Shown in pieces: positions 55,767-64,000 of a stretch of 64,000 nucleotides of DNA. Positions within the stretch are counted from its first letter, which is position 1, and each line of letters begins with the position of its first letter. Location: contig CAVZSQ010000022.1 of NCBI GenBank assembly GCA_963777955.1, positions 256,001 to 320,000 of the forward strand, in the 5' to 3' direction. The notes beneath the pieces were generated by a model. It searched no databases, was not told the DNA's origin, and saw nothing but the letters and a program-made list of their open reading frames with translations. The translations under genes and the position numbers were made by a program. Source of the stretch: Calditrichia bacterium. Its GTDB lineage: Bacteria > Calditrichota > Calditrichia > JAJRVZ01.

Positions 55767-56636
55767 TTACTCAGCCAGCGCCGCCCACAACTTCCAGGCT
55801 GCGTAGGCTTTGCGGTTGGCATTTAACGGCTGGCTATGTGCCGAACTGCAATTGTACCAGTCCACCCCTGCGGTATGCATAGTCTGCCAGGCGATGGCCC
55901 AGTTGGTGTCAAGTGAACCGTTGGCATCGCTGTCATAATCACAGTTGTCGTTGGCAGCAAGCAACATATAATTTGTGTTTCCATCCGGATCGTAAGACTC
56001 AATATCGGCAAAATCGTACAGTATTTTCCCGTTGTCCTGGCAATAGGCTCTGATCTGGTTGTTGCGCTGATTCAAATTCCCTTCTTCTCCGCTGCCGTCC
56101 AGGTGCCCGGTCATGTACACAAATTTGACATTGGAATAATCCTGCTCCAATCCGTTCATCAGGGCGAGATAGTTATTTATATCGGTTTCGCTGGCGGAAC
56201 TGACCTGGCCACACCACGACCAGATGACCACGTTGATATCGGTATGACTATTCAGATAATTCCGGGTAGCGGCAGCCCAGGCGGTACGGTCGGGATTACC
56301 CAGATCAGCGGCGCCTGAAAAGGGACTGTCGCGCAAATCGAGCGCGCCGTTGGTACCGCCGTTATTGAAAGCGTAAAGATCTCCCTTCCACTCATATAAT
56401 CCCGCCATACCGGTTGTAAGTTGACTGCCATGGGAAGTGTGTCCGTAGGCGATATGTAATTTACTTTTTGCCTGCTCAATGGCAGCTGACGTAAGCAGGG
56501 TCAGACTGGCGGATGAATGGCCGATGATTCCGGTTTGGACTGTAGGTACGGGTTCGGTACTGTTTTCACAGGAATTTAGCAGCAAGATCAAAATAATTAT
56601 CAATGAAAAATTTTGCATTAAGGTAAGAGTTTTCAT
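55767..56636 (-). CDS. Hypothetical lipoprotein (AYGHTSHGSQ motif)
   Basis: GGAGGA RBS; lipobox LNSC; motifs HTSHGSQ, WSWCGQ, YMTGHLDG, YDFADIESYDPDG, SAHSQ. Confidence 0.8.
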   Translation of the reverse strand: MKTLTLMQNFSLIIILILLLNSCENSTEPVPTVQTGIIGHSSASLTLLTSAAIEQAKSKLHIAYGHTSHGSQLTTGMAGLYEWKGDLYAFNNGGTNGALDLRDSPFSGAADLGNPDRTAWAAATRNYLNSHTDINVVIWSWCGQVSSASETDINNYLALMNGLEQDYSNVKFVYMTGHLDGSGEEGNLNQRNNQIRAYCQDNGKILYDFADIESYDPDGNTNYMLLAANDNCDYDSDANGSLDTNWAIAWQTMHTAGVDWYNCSSAHSQPLNANRKAYAAWKLWAALAE

Positions 56637-56824
56637 GATCGAAATCCTCCTCCTGGTTAATCTATTGTAATATTCGAGTAGAATGAGGAATTCTTTATTC
56701 TTTAATTAATAATGGTTTGCAGGTAATAAGTATAAAAGGGGTAAAATACTATTTATTTTGAGGAACTGAATAATTGTTCAACTAGGCAACCTAACTCTTT
56801 TTGTTTACTATAACGGCATAAATT

Positions 56825-58069
56825 TTAATATAAAATTCTGGTGCGGATGGTGCCCTCGATATTTTCCAGGGCAGCCCGCAGATCTTTCGATTGTTCGCGG
56901 GAGGAGAGCGGTTCGATATCGAATACCACGTAACCGATCTCTTTCCTGGTTTCCAGATACTGGCCGGAAACATTGATGCCCATATTGGCGATGATCGCGT
57001 TAATTGCTTTCAGCATACCCGGACGATTCTCATGAATATGCAGCAGCCTGGTCGCTTTCTCATTACGGCGTAAATTGACATTGGGAAAGTTGACCGAGCC
57101 TTCGGTATTGCCCAGATCGCTGAAATTGACCAGCCTGGTCGCCACCTCCGTGCCGATGTTCTTCTGCGCTTCCTGGGTGGAACCGCCGATATGTGGTGTC
57201 AGGATGACGTTTTCAATACCGATCAGCGGTGATTCAAATTTTTCCCGGGCCGAGCCGGGTTCAAAGGGAAAAACATCAACCGCAGCACCCCGCAATTTTC
57301 CCTGCTTCAGTAAAGCAGCCAGGGCCTCTACGTCAACCACCCGGCCGCGGCTGGCATTCAACAGACAGGCTTCATCTTTCATCAGGTCCAGACGTTCATG
57401 GTTCAGCATGTTGATAGTTGTCTCGTCTTCCGGAACGTGCATCGTAACGATATCGGCCATTCTTAACAGGTCGTCCAGGCTGTCAATCTGCCTGGCATTA
57501 CCCAGCGGCAGACGCGTACGGATATCATAATAAATAACCTGCAGGCCGAAGGCCTCGGCCAGTATGGAAACCTGGGAACCAATATGACCGTAACCGATAA
57601 TCCCGATTTTTTTTCCGCGCAGTTCGTTACTGCCCTTGGCCGATTTAATCCAGATATGGCTGTGCGCGGCAATACTCTTGGGAAAAATGCTGCGCATCAG
57701 CATGATCGATAAACCGATCACCAGTTCAGCCACCGAACGGGTGTTGGAGTGAGGGGCATTAAAAACCGGTATGCCCAGCCTGGTCGCCTGGGCCAGATCA
57801 ACCTGATCGGTTCCGATGCAGAAACAGCCGATCGCGATTAATTTAGGAGCATGTTCTAAAATAGTCTGATTGAGTTTGGTGGCGGAGCGGATACCAATCA
57901 TATGGGCGCTCTGTACTTTTTCAATCAACGAAGCTTCGGATAAGGCGGAATTATTAATTTCCACATAATCGTAGCCGTTTTCTCTGAAAACCTCAACTGC
58001 CTGCTGATGGACATTCTCCAGCAGGATTATTTTTATTTTAGCCTTGGATAATGAAAGTGAATTATTCAT
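56825..58069 (-). CDS. serA: D-3-phosphoglycerate dehydrogenase with C-terminal ACT domain
   Basis: KIILLENVH, GIRSAT, GCFCIGTDQVDL, FNAPHSNTRSVAEL, GYGHIG, NASRG, TPHIGGSTQEAQ, HENRPGML. Confidence 0.96.
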   Translation of the reverse strand: MNNSLSLSKAKIKIILLENVHQQAVEVFRENGYDYVEINNSALSEASLIEKVQSAHMIGIRSATKLNQTILEHAPKLIAIGCFCIGTDQVDLAQATRLGIPVFNAPHSNTRSVAELVIGLSIMLMRSIFPKSIAAHSHIWIKSAKGSNELRGKKIGIIGYGHIGSQVSILAEAFGLQVIYYDIRTRLPLGNARQIDSLDDLLRMADIVTMHVPEDETTINMLNHERLDLMKDEACLLNASRGRVVDVEALAALLKQGKLRGAAVDVFPFEPGSAREKFESPLIGIENVILTPHIGGSTQEAQKNIGTEVATRLVNFSDLGNTEGSVNFPNVNLRRNEKATRLLHIHENRPGMLKAINAIIANMGINVSGQYLETRKEIGYVVFDIEPLSSREQSKDLRAALENIEGTIRTRILY

Positions 58070-58248
58070 AAATAAAAATTTTGATATACTTAAATAATTG
58101 ATCAGTATTGTTCAAATTCTACGAACCTTTACTGATCAGATCAATACTATTTAATGGTTTTCAATTAAAGGTAAGATTAAATAAAATAATAAGAATAAAC
58201 TGATCATCCGTATCAAAATAATTTACAGATGATCAGCAATACTCAGTT

Positions 58249-58524
58249 TTACTTTGCTACCATTTTTTTAATCAAACCCACGATAATCATCAGAACACCG
58301 CCGCCGACACCGGATGAAGCAATATTCGCAAGAATACTGCCCAGATCCATTCCTGCCCCAGCCGCAGTACCTACACCCAGCGCGCCCAGTATCTGGCCGC
58401 CCAAGCCGCCGCCCAGGATGCCCACCACCGAATTCCAGATGGTTCCAAGATTATAATTTTTTAGCAGACCACCGGCAATATTACCACCAACGGCGCCACT
58501 CAAAAGACTGATAATAAGTTCCAT
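58249..58524 (-). CDS. Small glycine-rich membrane protein
   Basis: AGGAGG RBS; SGAVGGNIAG and GILGGGLGGQIL glycine-zipper-like helices. Confidence 0.8.
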   Translation of the reverse strand: MELIISLLSGAVGGNIAGGLLKNYNLGTIWNSVVGILGGGLGGQILGALGVGTAAGAGMDLGSILANIASSGVGGGVLMIIVGLIKKMVAK

Positions 58525-58642
58525 CTCACCCTCCTGATTTTTGGTTATACAGATTGATTAAAAATAATCTAACATAAATCACCAATATCTGCAATTTATA
58601 TAATATTCTAAAACTTTGACTATTCTCTATGCCTGCTGAAAT

Positions 58643-59230
58643 TTATACCGCCTTCTGCAATAAAACTGAATAACTAAAACGCACTTCTGGCCAGTCAATG
58701 ACGGATAATCCGGCAGCCCGGGCAGCATCCACCGAGATCATGAAATTATCCCTGGTCACATGCAGTCTGGGTTCCACCAGCAATAAAAATCCATTGGATT
58801 TAAGAATCGCTGAGATCTCGCCTAAAAATGAGTGTTGATCGGGTACCTCATGCAGCATCCAGAAGGCTAAACAAAAATCTATTGGTTCAGTAACTCCGAT
58901 CTTTTCAGCAGTACATTGATGAAAGATAATCCTTTCGGCCAGGCGGGCTTTACGGGCACGATTAAATATGGCCGTCAACATTTCCTGCTGCAGGTCCACG
59001 GCAATAACTTTTCCCGAGTCTCCTACCATTCTTGCCAGCGGGATGGTAAAATAACCCATCCCGGCACCGATATCCATAACCGTCGCTCCCCTGGTGATAA
59101 AAGGGGCCAGCAGGCTTTCAGGATTATGAAATAGTTTTCTGAGAATATTGTCGAAGGTGAAACAGAACCACCAGGGACAGACAAAGGGTTTTTTTGATGG
59201 TGTAGGGTCAGTGACAAGTTTTGGTTTCAT
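58643..59230 (-). CDS. Class I SAM-dependent methyltransferase
   Basis: VCPWW leader, DIGAGMG, AVDLQ, HEVPD, LVEP. Confidence 0.92.
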   Translation of the reverse strand: MKPKLVTDPTPSKKPFVCPWWFCFTFDNILRKLFHNPESLLAPFITRGATVMDIGAGMGYFTIPLARMVGDSGKVIAVDLQQEMLTAIFNRARKARLAERIIFHQCTAEKIGVTEPIDFCLAFWMLHEVPDQHSFLGEISAILKSNGFLLLVEPRLHVTRDNFMISVDAARAAGLSVIDWPEVRFSYSVLLQKAV

Positions 59231-59257
59231 GGCTTTGGTTCCAAAAAATTTCCTGTT

Positions 59258-60862
59258 TTATTTTTTTATCACGGCAGGTGTAATTTTACTCTCGCTGGTC
59301 CAGGATAGCAGGTAGAACATACCGGCCAGGGCCAGGTAAGCGAGTGAGAATTGATAGGGTACCTGGCGGGCGGTGCCGGTTAAGTACCACGGCAGATACA
59401 TGGCGCCATCCGGCAGGGCCGAATGAATAATACCAAAAAATGAAAATCCCGCCAGTATAAAAAGGTACAACGCTGAAATTTTCAAACGCCGGTCAATCAG
59501 TTCGGCCAGAAAGGCTGCCCACAGCATCGCGGTCACAATAAATCCGTTACCCAGGGCCACAATAACCTGTAATTCCGGTAAGGCCTTGCCGGGCAGAGTC
59601 ATTAATTTATTGAATATTTCTGGCGGCACCGTTTGCGGATCGCTGAGTTTAATGGCCAGCAGGCGGGCCAGTGTGGGGAAAAAGGCCACGGCCACTGCCG
59701 CCGCATGCCTGCGCGGTGCGACCTGAAATGCCTGCACGATAATCTCCAGGGCCACAAAAACAAGGATCGGTGCCAGCACCGCCCGCGGGATCAGTTCAAC
59801 AATAAACGATACATAGCCGAGAATGCCGCCCAGGCCGACGAAGATACCGGTCAAAAAAGTATAGCCGGCCCGCGCGCCCATATTTTTATAGGCCGGCTGG
59901 CCGATATAAGGGGTCGTTTGAGCCACGCCTCCGCATATTCCGGCAATAAGTGTGGCCAGTGCTTCGGTCAGCAGAATGTCGCGTGTGCGGTAATCGTCCC
60001 CGGCCACCCGCGCACTTTCGCTTACATTGATGCCGCCCACTACCGTGAGAATGGCAAAAGGAATGGCTAAGGGCAGGTATTTCAGAGCAGGAACAATACC
60101 CTGCATAAAATCAAGTGTCGGAGCAGGAAATCCGAAATGAAAGTCCAGAGGCGGTAAACCAGTATAGATTCCGCCGATGATTCCAGCCGGTCCAAGCAGA
60201 TAATAGAGCACAGTACCGCTGACGATGGCTGCCAGCACTCCCGGAATTTTTCCCGGCAGCCGGATACCGGCAATGAGGGTATAAAAAATCAAACCCAGGG
60301 CGATCAGCCCAACCAGGGGCATACCGAAAATATCGAGCAGGGGAGCCATGCCGATAAGTCCGAGTCCGATACCGGCCAGTGAACCGAGCAGTCCGGCCTG
60401 GGGCATAATGCGTTGCACCCAGTTGCCGAAGAAGGAGAAAATAAGTTTAATGATGCCCATGAAGATCATGGTAGCCATACCGATATACCAGGTCATCATG
60501 GCTGCATCGTGCTCAGGATATCCCTCCGCTTTTAAACCCATAAAGGCCGGACCAAGCACGACCAGCACCAGTCCGATGGTCGAGGGGGTATCCAGGCCAA
60601 GCGGCATGGCTGTGACATTTTGATTGCCTGTTTTTCTGGCCAGCCGGCAGGCCATCCAGGTATAGATCAGGTCGCCCAGCAAAACACCCAGGGCTGTACC
60701 CGGAAACATACGGGTATAGATTATATCCGCCGGGAAATTGAATACCAGGATAAGTACACCGGCGAGAAAGGAGAGCACGGTCAGGTTATCAAACATTAAA
60801 CCAAAGAAGCCGTTTAAATCCCCTACCACTAGCCAGTGATACTTATATTTGGTGTCCTGCAT
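59258..60862 (-). CDS. NCS2/AzgA-like nucleobase permease family membrane protein
   Basis: Many TM segments; GDLNGFFGL, TAMPLG, ESARVAGDDY, YIGQPAYK.MGAR.GY, FFGIIHS. Confidence 0.78.
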   Translation of the reverse strand: MQDTKYKYHWLVVGDLNGFFGLMFDNLTVLSFLAGVLILVFNFPADIIYTRMFPGTALGVLLGDLIYTWMACRLARKTGNQNVTAMPLGLDTPSTIGLVLVVLGPAFMGLKAEGYPEHDAAMMTWYIGMATMIFMGIIKLIFSFFGNWVQRIMPQAGLLGSLAGIGLGLIGMAPLLDIFGMPLVGLIALGLIFYTLIAGIRLPGKIPGVLAAIVSGTVLYYLLGPAGIIGGIYTGLPPLDFHFGFPAPTLDFMQGIVPALKYLPLAIPFAILTVVGGINVSESARVAGDDYRTRDILLTEALATLIAGICGGVAQTTPYIGQPAYKNMGARAGYTFLTGIFVGLGGILGYVSFIVELIPRAVLAPILVFVALEIIVQAFQVAPRRHAAAVAVAFFPTLARLLAIKLSDPQTVPPEIFNKLMTLPGKALPELQVIVALGNGFIVTAMLWAAFLAELIDRRLKISALYLFILAGFSFFGIIHSALPDGAMYLPWYLTGTARQVPYQFSLAYLALAGMFYLLSWTSESKITPAVIKK

Positions 60863-61145
60863 GATCCATATTCCTAAAGATTTGGCATTAAATTAATTTA
60901 TTTTTAAGATTTATGCCTGCATAAAATAACATATATAAAATAATGAAAGAAGATAATATAAGAGATGGTTCTTTATCTATTTATTGAATTAAATCCTAGT
61001 TTTGACGTCCTGATCGATTCATTATGTTGAATTGATTTGTGTTAATATAAAAGTGATTAAAATGAAGATCGAATCTTTTGGCAAATATATAAATATCGTC
61101 AGTAAAAGTTTCATCTTATAAAATGAGCCTGTCCACTTTTAATGC

Positions 61146-62321
61146 TTATTCTTTTCTGACATTTTCCATTATTTTCTTTTGATTGAAATGTTGTGCAGAT
61201 TTATTAATAGTATTAATGGGTGTTATACTCATATCTGGTATAATAAACTCAGCAACGGTCCATACTTGTCCCACGCTCATCGAGTCAGGTGCATTAAATT
61301 CGTAAGTTGAATCATTCAGGCTTACATAAACACTCGGTGCTACTAGAACAGCATCGTTGAAGACATTTGAAAAATAGACTACGTTAATTTGGTACGCACC
61401 GTCCGGCGTTTCATTCATGTATAAAATTTCCTGACAAGAGTTATCGCCATAAGGATTTGAATCCTCATATAATACAGGATTATCCCTTTGATTGTCTTGA
61501 GCACCCCAATCGGGATTAGGATTTTTATACCAGCAGCTATCATTGAGTTCTTTATTAATCAAATGTAAGTCAAAATCACCAGCGGGATTATCATGGCTAT
61601 ACCAATAAAGCTCAATGTCAGTCTGTTCTATTCTGGATATAATGAAAGTTGTTGTATAGCAGTTCTCATTTATCTGTGAAGAATGTCCAGGCCATACTTT
61701 AACTTCACAGAGTCCTTCCTGAACGGGAAGTTTTTGGTAAAAGAATCCTTTTGACGTTTCAGTATAGTATAGAGTTGAATTATAAAGTACGGTAAGTTGT
61801 GTATCCTGATAGACAGAATAACGTCGATTGTAATTTACAAGACAACCTGCCAGCAATAAGGAATCACTGCCGATATCATCAAAATCAATGATACTTGTAT
61901 CATTATGTGAAAGATACCTTCCGTTACCATTTGAATATAGAATGTACAAGGCCCTCAGGAATGAAGGTTGATTAAAATTTTCTGATATTTCAAATATAAT
62001 ATCATTAATGTTAGTTGTTTGACCGGATTTAACAATAACATCATTCACTTTTTCGGTCCAATAATAATTGACTTCAAGATCATAATTGCCTTCCGGTATA
62101 TTAAAAAGAATAAAATTTCCCAGCGAATCTGTACTGGCCCGTACTGAAGTCCCGGGTATCTCCACACCTGCATGCTCGAGTGGTGCATAAATGGTATCAC
62201 TCTTACTCATTACCCGTCCCTTAATATGTCCCATTTCAGAAATGTTCACGATTTTTTCCTCAGTACAACCAGCCAAAATAAAAAATGTAAGGCAGATAAA
62301 TTTGAAACTTATAGATCTCAT
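61146..62321 (-). CDS. Lipoprotein with carboxypeptidase-regulatory-like Ig domain and C-terminal YfaP/DUF2135-like domain
   Basis: Lipobox LAGC; G.IKGRV..ASTDSLGNF.L.NIPEG.Y; DFDLHL...CWYKNPNPDWG..NPVLYED..E...PDGAY.INVVYF. Confidence 0.7.
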   Translation of the reverse strand: MRSISFKFICLTFFILAGCTEEKIVNISEMGHIKGRVMSKSDTIYAPLEHAGVEIPGTSVRASTDSLGNFILFNIPEGNYDLEVNYYWTEKVNDVIVKSGQTTNINDIIFEISENFNQPSFLRALYILYSNGNGRYLSHNDTSIIDFDDIGSDSLLLAGCLVNYNRRYSVYQDTQLTVLYNSTLYYTETSKGFFYQKLPVQEGLCEVKVWPGHSSQINENCYTTTFIISRIEQTDIELYWYSHDNPAGDFDLHLINKELNDSCWYKNPNPDWGAQDNQRDNPVLYEDSNPYGDNSCQEILYMNETPDGAYQINVVYFSNVFNDAVLVAPSVYVSLNDSTYEFNAPDSMSVGQVWTVAEFIIPDMSITPINTINKSAQHFNQKKIMENVRKE

Positions 62322-62440
62322 TTGATATCTCCTCTTATATTGAATAGTATTATGTCTGATTCTGTATGTAAACGAAACAGACTTTATACCATCCCTCTGG
62401 CACTGAGTTTCTTATCTGATACTAGATTTATAAAATACGT

Positions 62441-63392
62441 TCAATGCATTTTCTGTTGCATTATCTCAAATACTCGTGCTGAAAGTTTTTTAAATATTGG
62501 TAATGCCTTTTCTTCTGTCAGTGGCAGAAAGCAGGTAATGATATAACGGACTTCACCGTCATCGACAATGGCCGCATCATTGGTCCAATAGGAATACCAG
62601 CCGGTTTTATGATACATCATCACGTTGGAGGGTAATCCGGTGGCTAATTTGGATTTATCCAGTTGCCGGCCCAGAAATGTTTTCAGTTGCATGCTTACCC
62701 ACGGATTTACCAGTTGATTGGTATAAATCCTGTAAAGAAAATCAGCAGCGTGCAAGGCGCAGGTTTCGGTGCCGCGGATTTTTTCGTACCCCGGATCTTC
62801 GTATTTCCTTTTTAGAAATTTGCGGGTTACCTCGCTGCCGTACCAGCCGCAGGAATGCAGCAGGCTGTCGATGTTCTTTCGTCCATGTTTTTCGTCCGGC
62901 CAGATCGATCAGGCAGTTGGCGGCCGAATTATCGCTGCGGGTGATCATCAGGTCCAGCAGATAATTTACCGTGACCGAATCGCCCCTCTGCAAAAGCGGG
63001 CGCGGATCGGATTTGATTTCACGCCAGGTATCCACCACGTTGGGTGAATCGGCGATACAAATAGTGGTCAGCGCATAGCGGCTCCGGCTGATTTGTTGTA
63101 ATACCCCGGCAGCCACGTACATTTTGTATACCGAGGCGGGATAGATGAAATTCTCGTAATGTACACCACCCAGTTTTGGCGGATTTGAATTCAAATCGAT
63201 AACTGCCAGGGAGATCTGTTCGATGCCATCCTCACCGACATCGAAATCCTTATCGAGATCCAGGTTGTGGATTATATTTTTCAATACTGCTGATAGTTTT
63301 GTATCGAGTTGATAATAAACAGGAACATTCACATCTTGGGAATAAAGTAAAGTCACCAGAATGAAAAACAACAGAACTATTCGTTTATTCAC
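62441..63392 (-). CDS. Serine hydrolase, class A beta-lactamase-like fold; frameshifted by a 13-bp imperfect duplication
   Basis: Signal peptide; PASVYK (SxxK), SDN, HKTG. Removing 62885-62897 restores one continuous frame. Confidence 0.85.
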
Positions 63393-63450
63393 AGATCTTC
63401 TTCCCCGGATAAGTTTCTCAGCGCATAAATTTTTATCTTTATATTGTATA

Positions 63451-63583
63451 TCTGCGACCTTTGCGTCGAAGACCTTGGCGTCCTTAGCGTTTTGCTTTTA
63501 TCTTTTTTTAACGCAAAGGGCACAGAGGTTATCGCAAAGGACGCTAAGATTATCTTTACCCTTTACCCCTTCCCCTTTTCCCT
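63451..63583. repeat. Inverted 9-bp-period repeat blocks (CTTTGCG / CGCAAAG) plus 7-mer TTTACCC tandem repeats
   Basis: tctgcgacc tttgcgtcg..ttggcgtcc ttagcgt versus aacgcaaag ggcacagag..cgcaaagga cgctaag; then ctttacc ctttacc ccttccc. Confidence 0.65.
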
Positions 63584-63586
63584 CAG

Positions 63587-64000
63587 TTATTTATTCCCAA
63601 TAAACATCAGGCTGATCTCCGGAACGTATGTAATCAACAACAACACCAGTACCAGCAGCAGGAAAAAGGGCAAAACGGTGCGATACACCTCCGGCAGCGG
63701 CTTTTTAAATCGCAGACTGGACAGGAACAGATTCAAGCCCAGCGGCGGAGTCATATAACCTATTTCCAGATTCAATAAAAAGATAATACCCAGATGAACC
63801 GGATTGATGCCGTACTGCAAAGCCACCGGCACAATCAGCGGTACTACAATAATGATTGCGGAAAAAATTTCTATCATATTCATTATTAAAATAAAAATAT
63901 TTAAAATTATGAGGAAGACTACTTTACTGCTGACATACTGACTGACCAGGGCAAACATTTTCATCGGAATCTGTTCGTCAATCAGGTAATTGGTAACTCC
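63587..64000 (-). CDS. dctM: TRAP transporter large permease, C-terminal part; 5' end outside the window
   Basis: GINPVHLGIIFLLNLEIGYMTPPLGLNLF, LITYVPEISL. Confidence 0.92.
   Translation of the reverse strand, partial: GVTNYLIDEQIPMKMFALVSQYVSSKVVFLIILNIFILIMNMIEIFSAIIIVVPLIVPVALQYGINPVHLGIIFLLNLEIGYMTPPLGLNLFLSSLRFKKPLPEVYRTVLPFFLLLVLVLLLITYVPEISLMFIGNK

Overview
Bacterial genomic window with no rRNA, tRNA or CRISPR array visible. Several secreted proteins end in an NYPNPFN-type sorting domain and there is a PorV-family barrel but no SusC/SusD pair, which suggests an FCB-superphylum lineage such as KSB1, Calditrichota or Ignavibacteria (inference). 1-16.8 kb is a co-directional beta-mannoside utilisation locus: secreted protein, PorV-family barrel, sugar ABC transporter, two GH130, three uncharacterised putative glycosidases and a GH2 beta-mannosidase. 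17-35 kb holds a secreted VIT/vWA protein, asnA, a Tat-signal TldD plus PmbA pair, a Tat-signal CrtI-like oxidoreductase and several orphan envelope proteins. 35-48.4 kb holds fprA, a GC-rich 9.2 kb cyclic beta-1,2-glucan synthase gene and zwf-pgl. 48.5-49.9 kb holds a stand-alone Y1 HUH (IS200/RAYT-like) tnpA embedded in 12 double-hairpin repeat units, including an 8-unit tandem array of about 71 bp; this is the most striking non-coding structure. 50-64 kb holds a large secreted CotH-like protein, an SDR, serA, a methyltransferase, a permease, a serine hydrolase and a partial TRAP dctM. About 13 genes are split by single-base insertions and one by a 13-bp duplication, most likely long-read consensus errors, so they are annotated as joined CDSs. 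All family calls come from motif recognition by eye, not database searches.
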